Notes under the pieces: generated by a model | Seen by the model: the letters and a program-made list of their open reading frames with translations, nothing else | Told to the model about the DNA's origin: nothing | Database searches by the model: none | In this document: in pieces, positions 18,440-28,705 of the stretch | Layout of the letters: each line of letters opens with the position of its first letter | Numbering within the stretch: position 1 is the stretch's first letter | IMG/VR virus record: IMGVR_UViG_3300031998_000009 | Span: 64,001-128,000 of that record | Length of the DNA: 64,000 nt | Reading direction: 5' to 3' (one strand) | From: a virus | Lineage: Duplodnaviria; Caudoviricetes | Translations under genes and position numbers: made by a program

Positions 18440-20641
18440 TTACTTGTTTTGATTCTTATAGAACAGCTTTCTGTAATAAATAATATCTTTGGGCATATGC
18501 TCTCTTTCTTCTTTACTGTATTCACTGTATACTTTCTTCATAAAATCGTAAAACAAATTAGATTCAGGTGTTAGTAGTTGTCCGGTTTTATCGATATAAC
18601 CTTTTCTTAATACAATCATTGCTATTTTTCTCATATGCTTCCAATGATTGTAGTAATCGAGTTTAAGTTTTGTCATATAACCAACACTATCCTCAATAAC
18701 AAAACCTTCAATAACTCTACCACCAAAAGTATAATCAGGCTGTAAAACCTCATTATACCAATCATAGAAATCAGACCAATTATTGATCACAGCTGCCTTT
18801 GTTTTAACTACTAGACCTAATTCTTTACCTACCTCTACCACTTCTTCGTAATCGTGTTGTTTGAATTCAAGACTATTATCAATGATAGAAAGTAGGAATA
18901 GCTCATTTTCTGGATATTCAATGATGTGTGGATCGTGTACTTGGTCTACACATTCAAATACAAGAGTAACATTGTTTTCCTTACAATACTCTTTTACCCA
19001 CTGTACCTTATCCTCTGACAATTTTTGGTAAAGCATTATCTTTAACCAGTCTGCATAGGAACCTACTGGACAGGACTTTGTGGTAATGAACAGATCATCT
19101 GTCTCTTCGTTATATGAAACAAGACCCAGATATCCATTTTCCTTCACATAGCAGGTAACTGGAAATTTAAGTTTGTATTGTAACATATCAAATTGAGTTT
19201 CCGGTCTTTCATTGATATTGAAAAACTTACTGTATCCACGACACATAACTTTCATTGTAGCTGTGTTAATATACAGTCCTCTTGCTACGATTGTTTGTTC
19301 ATTCCAAATCTTATCATAAAAAGCATCTTTTGTAAAGTTGAACGAAGAAATGTTACCATACTGTTTTTCCTGAATGTGTCTGTTCTTACGAAGTTTCATA
19401 ACAGCATCTGCCATATCAGAATTGGTAATTGTTTTCTTTTCCTCGACCTCTTCAATAGGCTTGAATACCGTATTCTGAATAGTTACTTCATGGAACCCTT
19501 CTTTATCCAATTCGACAATACGAAGACATCCACCGTGTTCTATCTTACCCTCAAGATTAAATGTTCTTTCCTCGATGCACATATCAGAGTATCTAATATT
19601 TCTGTGGCCGTGAATTTGGTACATATTAGATTCTGTATTTTCTTTCCAATATTTAGCAACGTCTTCATAATCTTTGTAATCACCTACACCACGAATCATT
19701 TGTTCAGTGGATATAAATGTCAGATTATCAGGCATTGTGGAAAGACCACCATGAGTTACTAAAACATCTTTTCCATCATATGTATACCAAGCACATTGAC
19801 CACATTTTCTGTAAAGTTGTCTAATGTCTTTCAAATCAATATCGGAATTTTGAAGTTGTTTTTTCGTTACAAATTCAAATTCTTTAGAATCAGCAATACC
19901 TTCATTAGCATATATCCACAACCATCTTTCATGGTTACCCTCAAGAAGTAGTACATTAGGTCGTTTCACAGCTTCAATAAAAAACTTTACAACTTCTGCA
20001 TTTTCTAGTCCTCTATCAATAATGTCACCTACAAAGATATACATATAGTTGTCGTTAAAACCATTTTTGAAGTATTCCATTAGGGCAGTATAACAACCGT
20101 GAATATCTCCAATGTGTACGATCTTCTCATATTTATTCAAGTCAAACTTCTTCATCCAAATAGTATCAAGTTCTTCCGGTTTAATAGCTTTAATACCTGC
20201 TGGAATTTTTTGAGTAGCGAATCTAGAATAAATATTCTCAAGTGCTGATTCAGGTACCCACTTAAACATAGGACGAAGTTTATTCCTTCTTTTGCATTCT
20301 TCCAGTGGAACATCTGTCATATCAATACAATAGATTCTGTAACGATATGTTTCACACATATTCTTATAACGATTCATTTCTATTGTTTTACTATTTGTAG
20401 CATCAATGACAGTAAACTCACCACGTTTCATTCTAGTTTCGAGAAGTTTGAATAGCATAGACCATACATCTTTTTCATTTTTCTGACTGATTCCATATGT
20501 TCCATTTACACTAAGTTGTGGTGTAGAACACAGAACACGAATATCATCAGCACAAAGAGTATACGGTTTAAGTCCATGTTCCTCAATAAATGTTGATTTA
20601 CCACATCCAGGTGCTCCACGAAGTAAAAGTAAAACTCTCAT
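18440..20641 (-). CDS. polynucleotide kinase / metallophosphoesterase / RNA ligase fusion (RNA repair)
   Basis: P-loop GAPGCGKS; GDIHG, GDIIDRG, GNHE; ligase KENG and EGFVI..K.K. Confidence 0.88.
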   Translation of the reverse strand: MRVLLLLRGAPGCGKSTFIEEHGLKPYTLCADDIRVLCSTPQLSVNGTYGISQKNEKDVWSMLFKLLETRMKRGEFTVIDATNSKTIEMNRYKNMCETYRYRIYCIDMTDVPLEECKRRNKLRPMFKWVPESALENIYSRFATQKIPAGIKAIKPEELDTIWMKKFDLNKYEKIVHIGDIHGCYTALMEYFKNGFNDNYMYIFVGDIIDRGLENAEVVKFFIEAVKRPNVLLLEGNHERWLWIYANEGIADSKEFEFVTKKQLQNSDIDLKDIRQLYRKCGQCAWYTYDGKDVLVTHGGLSTMPDNLTFISTEQMIRGVGDYKDYEDVAKYWKENTESNMYQIHGHRNIRYSDMCIEERTFNLEGKIEHGGCLRIVELDKEGFHEVTIQNTVFKPIEEVEEKKTITNSDMADAVMKLRKNRHIQEKQYGNISSFNFTKDAFYDKIWNEQTIVARGLYINTATMKVMCRGYSKFFNINERPETQFDMLQYKLKFPVTCYVKENGYLGLVSYNEETDDLFITTKSCPVGSYADWLKIMLYQKLSEDKVQWVKEYCKENNVTLVFECVDQVHDPHIIEYPENELFLLSIIDNSLEFKQHDYEEVVEVGKELGLVVKTKAAVINNWSDFYDWYNEVLQPDYTFGGRVIEGFVIEDSVGYMTKLKLDYYNHWKHMRKIAMIVLRKGYIDKTGQLLTPESNLFYDFMKKVYSEYSKEEREHMPKDIIYYRKLFYKNQNK

Positions 20642-20796
20642 TTATTTTCCTCCTCTATTTTAATTCCATTTGATTTAGCAAAATCATGAACCAGCTGTTC
20701 CAAAGATCTACTAGGTCCTCCTTTTTCTCTATCTTCATATATCATATCAGTTATAGTATCGGCATCCAATAAAGAAAGCACTTCCGAATAGTTCAT
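20638..20796 (-). CDS. small hypothetical protein (52 aa, not in ORF track)
   Basis: GGAGG SD, MNYSEVL...; stop overlaps the next start (ATGA). Confidence 0.55.
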   Translation of the reverse strand: MNYSEVLSLLDADTITDMIYEDREKGGPSRSLEQLVHDFAKSNGIKIEEENK

Positions 20797-20811
20797 ATTA
20801 TTCCTCCATTA

Positions 20812-21354
20812 TTATTTGTTAAGAACAGTAATAACTTTTCCATATTTATTCTGTTCGAAATTACTAATTCGAATCTGTGCTTTATTCAGATATTTATTAA
20901 AAGCACTTCGTGCTGCTTTTTCAAAATTTTTAGGTTTCATACCTACAATATGAATACTTTGTAATATATCCGGTAACTTTCGTTTTTCCTCATGCTTATG
21001 GTCAGAAAAACGAATGGAATATTTATAATTTTTAGTGATCTCCTCCTCTGACAAACTATCCGGATGTATAAATACGATGTCTATGTAATTAGACAAACCT
21101 GTTTTTGTTTTCTTCGAAGCACCACGAACCCAGCAAGACTTCACACAATTATATTGTTTGATCGTTTTTACGGCATCATTAAGATACATACGCAAAAAAG
21201 CCCTTGTATCCTGTACGTTTTTATAGTTGTTACCATCTTGTATCTCTTCATCCGGTTGAACCATATCTTCATCTAAATCATTTAATGTCTCCTCATAAGG
21301 AAGCATATCAACATAGAATTCAATATTTTCATCTTCATGTAATAGTTTAATCAT
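20812..21354 (-). CDS. hypothetical protein with N-terminal KLLHE motif
   Basis: ORF with AAGGAG. Confidence 0.6.
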   Translation of the reverse strand: MIKLLHEDENIEFYVDMLPYEETLNDLDEDMVQPDEEIQDGNNYKNVQDTRAFLRMYLNDAVKTIKQYNCVKSCWVRGASKKTKTGLSNYIDIVFIHPDSLSEEEITKNYKYSIRFSDHKHEEKRKLPDILQSIHIVGMKPKNFEKAARSAFNKYLNKAQIRISNFEQNKYGKVITVLNK

Positions 21355-21793
21355 TATCAATATTCTCCTTTATATAATTTAATACATTTTTAATGTCACG
21401 GTAATCTTGAATTTCATTAACATATTTTTCGTACAAGAAACAGGCTTTATTAAAATAAAACCCATTTTCCGGATATGTAAATTTAGATTTAATGAAATCC
21501 CGAATTCCTCCATAATAAGAATCAGAATTTTCAAATTCAGAAAAAACATAGGTAATATAGTCAATATGATCAATAATATAACTAGCGTCAAATAAGGTTG
21601 TCGAAAAGTCTATCTCGTATTTATCCTTATTAACAAATAATATATAACGGAATAAACCTTCAGAACAGTAATTTTCGTCTAACTGTTCTAATAACTCGTC
21701 ACTTAATGATGCTATATTTATATCACAATTTCTTTTTATTATATAGGATAAACTTTTCTTTATACCAGGTAGATAGTTAGATACATCTACCAT
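21347..21793 (-). CDS. hypothetical protein
   Basis: start MVDVS follows AAGGAGG. Confidence 0.6.
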   Translation of the reverse strand: MVDVSNYLPGIKKSLSYIIKRNCDINIASLSDELLEQLDENYCSEGLFRYILFVNKDKYEIDFSTTLFDASYIIDHIDYITYVFSEFENSDSYYGGIRDFIKSKFTYPENGFYFNKACFLYEKYVNEIQDYRDIKNVLNYIKENIDND

Positions 21794-21826
21794 ATTTATT
21801 CCTCCTTCCAAATATATTGTATATAT

Positions 21827-21855
21827 AGTATAACACAAAAAACACAAAATGTCAA
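21827..21855 (-). promoter_or_regulatory. sigmaA-type promoter
   Basis: TTGACA-17-TATACT. Confidence 0.85.
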
Positions 21856-21878
21856 GTAGTCATTCATATTGTTAAAAT

Positions 21879-21910
21879 AAAAACTCCTATCTACTAGGAT
21901 AGGAGTTTTT
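21879..21910 (-). terminator. intrinsic terminator
   Basis: AAAACTCCTATC/GATAGGAGTTTT. Confidence 0.8.
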
Positions 21911-21917
21911 GTATAAT

Positions 21918-23180
21918 TTATACAAGTCTTGTTTGCGCTTTAATAGGACCCCATATACAAGGTTCGTTACAATGAATGTTATTACATTTCATTTGTAATT
22001 CACCATCTCTAAAATGTCGTTTTAGTTGTCCTAACATATAATTAGATTTATCCCAATGTCTAGTAAATCTAAATAGATTATTTTTTATTGTTTCAAATGT
22101 TTCTAACTGAACTCTTCCACATAGCCTTTCATCACATTTACTCATAAAATCACATATGTCACCTGTTTCTACAACATCTACCATTGTAGCAATAGGATAT
22201 GTTTCTTTTACTTTATCCAGATCGTTTTTCCATTCTTGAATAACAGGTTCTGAATACTGTAAGATTTTAGGAACATAAAATTGTGGGTTACTTGTTCCTT
22301 CAAAACACATATAATGATGTAAAGTTCTATGTCTTTGCTGTTGTGCTAAATCAGCAAAAGAAGATCTGTATTTAATAAGATACACATCGTCATAATGTTC
22401 TTTGGCTTTGTCTATATCATAGCATGTTTGTTTAGCAAGAAATCTAAATTTCCATCCTTTTTGTTCAACAATACATTCAGAATATAAACGTGCTTCTGTT
22501 ATTGTATTGTATAGTTCCGTTATGCAGTCTAATAATTTACTATTAAAAGGTGTTCTTTTAAGGTCTAGACTAGCACCGCCATCATCCCAAACACCTATAT
22601 AACTTTTACACCACTGTCTTATATAGCTCCACATTCTTAATGAAGTTGTATATGCCATAGTGGTTGTCGGTGCAAATACACTTAAAACATATCTTGCATT
22701 TTCTAATGTTAGTTTCTCCCTTAATTTATCATTAATAGGAATATTCCACTTTTCTGCATACGTAGCAATGGCATCATTAAATATTTCTTTCCATTTTTCA
22801 TACAATTCATAATTCTTGAAATACTTCTTATGTGTTTCTTCGTCTCCGTTCATAACAGTATAACGACCACTTTTTTCTGACGTGTTGTAGAAACCAACAC
22901 TATTAAGAATCATAGCTGTCATTTTAGGAATGTTTTCAAATAGAACTGTTACAAAGGCATGGTCACTTATACTATGATGACCTGTGGAGGCAACACGTTC
23001 GAATCTAGCTAGTGCTTTTTTGTCATCCGTATATTTTGGGTCAAAATAATTAGAGTTAAGATAACATATAGATGCCATGGAACCTGAAAACTTTCCTAGA
23101 TCTTTAATGTTTTGTTCAGTTAAAGCAGTATAATTTGGATCAGTTACTTGATTCGGAGTTGCTAGAATTGTTAGTTTCAT
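21918..23180 (-). CDS. thyX: FAD-dependent thymidylate synthase-like protein (long form)
   Basis: GHHSISDH, SEKSGRY, ENARY, QRHRT motifs. Confidence 0.75.
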   Translation of the reverse strand: MKLTILATPNQVTDPNYTALTEQNIKDLGKFSGSMASICYLNSNYFDPKYTDDKKALARFERVASTGHHSISDHAFVTVLFENIPKMTAMILNSVGFYNTSEKSGRYTVMNGDEETHKKYFKNYELYEKWKEIFNDAIATYAEKWNIPINDKLREKLTLENARYVLSVFAPTTTMAYTTSLRMWSYIRQWCKSYIGVWDDGGASLDLKRTPFNSKLLDCITELYNTITEARLYSECIVEQKGWKFRFLAKQTCYDIDKAKEHYDDVYLIKYRSSFADLAQQQRHRTLHHYMCFEGTSNPQFYVPKILQYSEPVIQEWKNDLDKVKETYPIATMVDVVETGDICDFMSKCDERLCGRVQLETFETIKNNLFRFTRHWDKSNYMLGQLKRHFRDGELQMKCNNIHCNEPCIWGPIKAQTRLV

Positions 23181-23442
23181 TTGTTATTTCCTCCTGTTTA
23201 TGAGATTCACTATCTACTTTTATGTAAACATATTTAGAACAAAATGGGCATTTTCTTCTATAAGTGTTCACACCTTTTCCATTCACTACCGAATAGTCAA
23301 AGAACTCGACATAGTCTTCATCCTTCTCTAAAGCAGCTTCAAAGACACACCCACAAATTAAACATTCAAATCTATATGTATTCATATAAGATTTAGTGTT
23401 CTCTTGTAATTTATAAAGGGATCCATCTACGATGACTTTCAT
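23140..23442 (-). CDS. Zn-ribbon protein (MKV..G family)
   Basis: FECLICGCVFEA..CPFC. Confidence 0.6.
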   Translation of the reverse strand: MKVIVDGSLYKLQENTKSYMNTYRFECLICGCVFEAALEKDEDYVEFFDYSVVNGKGVNTYRRKCPFCSKYVYIKVDSESHKQEEITNETNNSSNSESSN

Positions 23443-23446
23443 AAGC

Positions 23447-23692
23447 TTACCTCACAAAATATTTAATATCCAAGATATGCTTTTCCACATTTTTAATATC
23501 TGCAAGATCGGACAAATCATAACTGACTCTTGCGTAGGCAACGAACATCGTGAATATAAAAGAACCTATTATCAATTCTTCGTAGTATTCTCCATCTGTC
23601 AACTCATTCGTTCTATATATAAATCGAATTATTTGTAGCATATAAAACATCCAAAAAATGATACGAAGAATACAAATTCCTAATGCTATCAT
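23447..23692 (-). CDS. small membrane protein
   Basis: two hydrophobic segments. Confidence 0.55.
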   Translation of the reverse strand: MIALGICILRIIFWMFYMLQIIRFIYRTNELTDGEYYEELIIGSFIFTMFVAYARVSYDLSDLADIKNVEKHILDIKYFVR

Positions 23693-24225
23693 TTTTTATA
23701 ATCCTCATATATTTTAGAACCTGTAGCACCTACCTGTCCTTGGTACTTTCCGTTATATGGATTATCAGCAGGTTTATCCATTCTTGCAAACACCAGCTGA
23801 CCTACTCTTGTTCCTGCTTTAATGTTTATAGCCCAGTTACTAGCATTAAATAGTTCGAGTGTAATTTGTCCCTCAAATCCTGGATCTACCCAACCTGCAT
23901 TCTGAATAAATAATCCTAATCTTCCAATAGAAGAACGACCTTCTACAAATGCAGTTAGATCATTAGGAAGAACAAAGTACTCTTGAGTGGTAGCAAGAAC
24001 AAATTGTTTTGGAAGTAAAATATATGATGTTTGTTTTGTGGTTGTGTAAGTTAAAGGTTCGTCTAATTCTATAATTCCACCATTAGGAACATCGGTTATT
24101 GTGCTGAATGAATCTCCGATAGTGATGTCAACACTTGCCGGCTGAATACTTTTATCGTCTGTTAGATTATGACATAGACCTTTATTCTCTATTAGATTCA
24201 TTAGTGTATTATCAGAAAGTATCAA
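23689..24225 (-). CDS. dcd: dCTP deaminase
   Basis: QPASVD, GRSSIGRLG, DPGFEGQITLE, YNGKYQGQ. Confidence 0.95.
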   Translation of the reverse strand: MILSDNTLMNLIENKGLCHNLTDDKSIQPASVDITIGDSFSTITDVPNGGIIELDEPLTYTTTKQTSYILLPKQFVLATTQEYFVLPNDLTAFVEGRSSIGRLGLFIQNAGWVDPGFEGQITLELFNASNWAINIKAGTRVGQLVFARMDKPADNPYNGKYQGQVGATGSKIYEDYKK

Positions 24226-24650
24226 AGTTTATCATCTCCTTCTGGATCTGCTAGCATTGGATGCCAACATACAATATCGAAATCAGCGTAAACTGTTATT
24301 TTCTGACCTGTATAGTTTTCTATCCAATCCCATGTTCTGTTATCTGGATTAGGTTCCCTTCTTGCAATATAATGAGTTTTCTTTCCATCACAAGAAACAC
24401 CGATAGCATAAACATTTTGCCACAGTTCTGGAAGTTTATCCTCACACTTGTTCCATCTAGTGTGGTACAAGACCTCATCTTTACCGTCCACATAGCCAGA
24501 CTGGTATTGATTTCTATCGTAACTCAATGCTTTCAATAATTCTTCTTTACGAATAAAAAATCCAACTGACATAGAGCATTCTTCAGTAAGTTTATCAATG
24601 AGCTGTGTTTTCATTTCAGTTCTGACAATATCAATAATTTCGTTGTACAT
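24222..24650 (-). CDS. phage protein with DUF551-like C-terminus
   Basis: WNKCEDKLP...VCWHPM. Confidence 0.55.
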   Translation of the reverse strand: MYNEIIDIVRTEMKTQLIDKLTEECSMSVGFFIRKEELLKALSYDRNQYQSGYVDGKDEVLYHTRWNKCEDKLPELWQNVYAIGVSCDGKKTHYIARREPNPDNRTWDWIENYTGQKITVYADFDIVCWHPMLADPEGDDKL

Positions 24651-24661
24651 GTTCCCTCCAA

Positions 24662-25024
24662 TTAAGCATCCAAAGTCGTAAATCCAAAGTTATTGTTCAG
24701 TTTCTCCATAGCATAACAGATAACATTTTCGAACATATCTTCTAGACAATATTCCTCACATATGGGTAAATCTTCGTCCTCGTATAAAATATACATTGGG
24801 CAAGGTCCTTCTTTATTATCAACATATAATCTAAATAACTCTTGCTTCTCCAATGTAAAAACAAGAGTTAGTATAAGTGAACTGTTATCTTTTGGAAATA
24901 TTCCATCCACTTCTAAATTATCATAGTTTAATTCATATTGTAGGGAATCTAAAAATCTTTGATATTGTTCGTTTATTGTTTGAAATAGTTGCCCCATTAT
25001 TATAACCCCTTTCAAAGAGAACAT
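24662..25024 (-). CDS. hypothetical protein
   Basis: co-oriented ORF. Confidence 0.55.
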   Translation of the reverse strand: MFSLKGVIIMGQLFQTINEQYQRFLDSLQYELNYDNLEVDGIFPKDNSSLILTLVFTLEKQELFRLYVDNKEGPCPMYILYEDEDLPICEEYCLEDMFENVICYAMEKLNNNFGFTTLDA

Positions 25025-25062
25025 CTTCGAAATATTCTTTTAGTGGATTAAATGTGATATAT

Positions 25063-25296
25063 TTAATCTTCTACATATTCCCATCTATACCCACCTGAAC
25101 GATGATTTATTCCACTACATACACAACTAATACCGGATATAGCAACACCGGTTGCTTCGTGTGCTTCTTTAATGCTATTAAAAATTCGTTCGTTTCCGTC
25201 GGAATCGATACATCTTACCTTCGTAGAACGATAATGTGTATGATAATTCAATCGTTTGTTATGCTGTTCTTGTAGTCTATCTAATGTATCTCTCAT
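25063..25296 (-). CDS. NUMOD1-type DNA-binding protein
   Basis: FNSIKEA..GISCVC.G..GGYRWEY. Confidence 0.75.
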   Translation of the reverse strand: MRDTLDRLQEQHNKRLNYHTHYRSTKVRCIDSDGNERIFNSIKEAHEATGVAISGISCVCSGINHRSGGYRWEYVED

Positions 25297-25538
25297 TCGG
25301 ATACCTCACAATAAACATATCTTATATTTTCATTTTCCGAAAAGTTATTTTCGTAGAATCCAATATCAAGTAAAATTTCAGTAATGTCGTCCCAAAGAAA
25401 ACCGGAATTCATGTATTCAGTAACATCTATTTCAAATTCTGATTCAGGTCTCATTCCTTGTTTACACAGGGATTCCCACTTTTCTAAAACTTCTCTTTCT
25501 AGTTGATGAACTAGTGCTTCATCTAACATAATTGTCAT
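25293..25538 (-). CDS. hypothetical protein
   Basis: coupled ORF with SD. Confidence 0.55.
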   Translation of the reverse strand: MTIMLDEALVHQLEREVLEKWESLCKQGMRPESEFEIDVTEYMNSGFLWDDITEILLDIGFYENNFSENENIRYVYCEVSE

Positions 25539-25853
25539 CCTTTCGTCACAGAGATTAATTCTTTCGAATTTTCCTTTCTTAGCATCTCTTCAAAAACATA
25601 TGGAAACTCGTTCCAATCGTTAAATCTTGTAAAGTTACATCTTGTTGTATTTTTATTCCACGAACAATTCTTCAACATAAATAAACATTGTGGATTTACG
25701 TTTACTAAATTGTATAGACAACGGTAAAAAGTTATTTAAGGTATTTAATACAAATTTAAGAAACATATAAAAAAGTTATAAAATATATAATAATATTTTG
25801 AGAAAAAATAAGAATAATATCTACTATATAAGTATAATAAATTTGTTAAGGGG

Positions 25854-26444
25854 ATGTTATTCTTGAAATTAAGTGAATATGCTAAAAAGAATTCTTTGTC
25901 GTATCAAAGTGCTTGGAATCATTTTAAACAAGGTCTTATTCCAGGGGCAAGACAATTACCTAGTGGAACAGTTGTAATAGATGAAGTTGTTACACAACAA
26001 AAACCAGAATATGTAATTGTTTATGCAAGGATTAGTTCTTCTGAGAATAAATCAAATCTCGAAACGCAAGCTGATAGACTGTGTCAGTTCTGTGCCGCTA
26101 AAGGTTGGACAGTGAATGAAGTTGTAAAAGAATGTGCCAGCGGTCTTAATGATAATAGACCAAAACTATCCAAAATCTTTACGGATAGAAAAGCTACAAA
26201 AATTGTAATAGAACATAAAGATAGACTGACAAGATTTGGTTTTAATTATATAAAATTACTATTAAATGACTGTGATATAATTGTTGTTAATGAATGTGAA
26301 ACAGATCAAGATTTATTTGAAGATTTTGTTTCACTTGTTACAAGTTTTTGTGCTAGGATTTATGGCAAAAGAAGAACTAAAAGAAAAACGGAACAAATTA
26401 TAAATGCTCTAGAGAAAGAAGGTGATGATAATGATTCTGGTTGA
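25854..26444 (+). CDS. tnpA: IS607 transposase (MerR-like HTH plus serine recombinase)
   Basis: YARISS, ASGLNDNRPKL, DRLTRFGF, SFCARIYG.R. Confidence 0.95.
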   Translation: MLFLKLSEYAKKNSLSYQSAWNHFKQGLIPGARQLPSGTVVIDEVVTQQKPEYVIVYARISSSENKSNLETQADRLCQFCAAKGWTVNEVVKECASGLNDNRPKLSKIFTDRKATKIVIEHKDRLTRFGFNYIKLLLNDCDIIVVNECETDQDLFEDFVSLVTSFCARIYGKRRTKRKTEQIINALEKEGDDNDSG

Positions 26445-27651
26445 ACAGCACCAATATTCTAAATACTCCAAGCATTTCAAGGAATTAGATCATTTGTGCT
26501 TCCTTGCTAAAAATCTATATAATGTAACATTATATCATATTCGACAACATTATTTTAAAACAAAAGAATATTTAGGTTACTGTAAGTTAAATCAGATGTC
26601 TAATACTTTGTTTCCTAATGATTATCAAGCCCTTCCTAGAAAAGTAGCACAACAGGTTCAGAAACTGGTGGATCAAAACTTCAAGTCTTTCTTTAACCAC
26701 CTAAAAGTTTTAAAACAGGGTGAACGAATAAACATACCGCAATACCTCCATAAAACAGACGGAAAACAAGTTCTAACTTATACTAATCAAGCAATATCGC
26801 AAAATAATAGAAATGTGTCAAAAGGGCATATAAAACTTTCTGGAACTACTTTTGAAATTAAGACGAACATCGAAAATGTTATTTTTGCAAGAATTGTTCC
26901 AAATAAAGGTTATATAACTATTGAACTTGGTTATGAAATTCAAAACACAGAACCGACCGAAAAGAATAATAGATACGCTTCTATTGATATTGGTGTGAAT
27001 AATCTTGCAACTGTCACATCTAATATTTTCAAGCCTTTCATAGTAAATGGGAAGCCTTTGAAATCTATAAATCAGTTTTATAATAAGAAAATAGCTGAAT
27101 TATCGTCTACTAACAAAAAATGGACAAACAGAATGTACTCAATAAACAGAAAACGAAATAACAAAATAAAAGACTATATGCATAAATCTTCAACATATAT
27201 TGTGAATCAATTAGTTGAAAACCGTGTCGATACATTAGTTATCGGACACAATAAAGGTTGGAAACAAGACACAAATATGAGAAAAGATGTAAAGCAGTCT
27301 TTTATTCAAATTCCGTTTAATTTGTTTACAGATATGCTATCTTATAAATGTAAAAAAGTTGGTATTGATGTTATTATTCAGGAAGAATCATATACATCAA
27401 AGAGCAGTTTTCTAGATCTTGACAATATACCTGTTTATAATGAAACGAGCCAAGAAATTACATTTTCCGGCAAACGTATTAAAAGGGGTTTATATAGATC
27501 TAAAAACGGAACAATTATAAATGCGGATGTGAATGGTTCTTTGAATATACTTCGAAAATACCTAACAAAACAAGAAGCGTGGAACGAGAAGATTTTCTCG
27601 AACTGTGTAGAGGTGTGTAGTATGCCGTCAGTTTATACTGTAAAATTCTAA
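26431..27651 (+). CDS. tnpB: RNA-guided nuclease TnpB
   Basis: IDIGVNNLA, VIG.N.GWKQ, EESYTSK, NADVNGSLNI. Confidence 0.93.
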   Translation: MILVEQHQYSKYSKHFKELDHLCFLAKNLYNVTLYHIRQHYFKTKEYLGYCKLNQMSNTLFPNDYQALPRKVAQQVQKLVDQNFKSFFNHLKVLKQGERINIPQYLHKTDGKQVLTYTNQAISQNNRNVSKGHIKLSGTTFEIKTNIENVIFARIVPNKGYITIELGYEIQNTEPTEKNNRYASIDIGVNNLATVTSNIFKPFIVNGKPLKSINQFYNKKIAELSSTNKKWTNRMYSINRKRNNKIKDYMHKSSTYIVNQLVENRVDTLVIGHNKGWKQDTNMRKDVKQSFIQIPFNLFTDMLSYKCKKVGIDVIIQEESYTSKSSFLDLDNIPVYNETSQEITFSGKRIKRGLYRSKNGTIINADVNGSLNILRKYLTKQEAWNEKIFSNCVEVCSMPSVYTVKF

Positions 27652-27690
27652 ATTTATATTTTTATATGTTTGGAGTAACTATTATCAATA

Positions 27691-28017
27691 TCAATGTTGA
27701 TTATCATTTTTTAACTCCTTTTTTAGCTCCTTTTCCAATTTCTGAACTAACGGTTCATAATGTGTTCGGTTCACATCCATATCGTCTATTGTTATTCCGT
27801 CTGGATTTCTCCACTCGTAAATATTTAACATGGATGCGAATGTTATTTCTTTAGTTACTTTTTCAAAACCATGTTTCTTTAACCATTTATGTTTTTTATG
27901 GTCTTCCCACTTATCAAGGATGTAAGCTAATATTAAAAGTATCCCTATAGTCCCAAAAAACAATAATGGTATTAAATAATCAAATATATATTTTACTGTG
28001 AAATATTTTTCAATCAT
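27691..28017 (-). CDS. membrane-anchored hypothetical protein
   Basis: N-terminal TM segment. Confidence 0.55.
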   Translation of the reverse strand: MIEKYFTVKYIFDYLIPLLFFGTIGILLILAYILDKWEDHKKHKWLKKHGFEKVTKEITFASMLNIYEWRNPDGITIDDMDVNRTHYEPLVQKLEKELKKELKNDNQH

Positions 28018-28438
28018 AATTATCAATCCTCTCAAAAGTAAATGTTCCATTATTGTTTGTATAATATACTTTGTTTATACCAAAATCTTTTATTGCAGAC
28101 ATACAAACAGGACAAGGTCTAGCTAATCTAAACTCTCCATTCTTCTTTTTAGATATGATAACAAGTTCTATTTTATCCCAATTAGTTATTGACCCATCTA
28201 CTCTTCTTAAACAGTTTATCTCGGAATGTTCCTTGTCTACAAAATTCTCAATACTCTTTAAAGGAGTCCTTACTCTGTAAAAATTCTGAAGTGGTGATGT
28301 CTTATCAGAATTTATACCAAAACTAATAACTTTTCCTTTATATACCAGAAAAGAAACTGTTTTTACTCTTTTATATGGTTTATCAGTATATGTGTAATCA
28401 TACATTCTGGAAAGTGTATTAAGAAGTTTGTTTTTCAT
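28010..28438 (-). CDS. cytidine/dCMP deaminase-family Zn protein
   Basis: HSEINCL...ARPCPVC..GINKVYY. Confidence 0.8.
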   Translation of the reverse strand: MKNKLLNTLSRMYDYTYTDKPYKRVKTVSFLVYKGKVISFGINSDKTSPLQNFYRVRTPLKSIENFVDKEHSEINCLRRVDGSITNWDKIELVIISKKKNGEFRLARPCPVCMSAIKDFGINKVYYTNNNGTFTFERIDNYD

Positions 28439-28682
28439 TTCTTTCTAACTCCTCTATGGACTTATCTAAATACCAGCGAGCTTTCTTTAGATCTTCTAGA
28501 CCATTCTTGCTTTCATAACGCCAACAATATTTAATAACATTTCCAATAGTGAATCCAATAAATTTATCACCTAGTGCTGATTTGAGGGCATCTATACATT
28601 CAATACCACCTTGATTATAATGGTCTGGATGGTTTACATTATTAGATGATTTGTTAGGTGCTGAAATACTATATGGATACAT
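28419..28682 (-). CDS. DUF3310 (SaV-like) protein
   Basis: VNHPDHY..GNVIKY.WR..KNGLEDLKKARWYL. Confidence 0.88.
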   Translation of the reverse strand: MYPYSISAPNKSSNNVNHPDHYNQGGIECIDALKSALGDKFIGFTIGNVIKYCWRYESKNGLEDLKKARWYLDKSIEELERNEKQTS

Positions 28683-28705
28683 AAAAATCCTCCAATCAAA
28701 ATCAA

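Larger units (their letters stand above)
25723..27673 (+). mobile_element. IS607-family insertion sequence
   Basis: tnpA serine recombinase plus tnpB; GG dinucleotides at both inferred ends (25723-24, 27672-73); AAACATATAAAAA/TTTTTATATGTTT in the ends. Confidence 0.85.
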
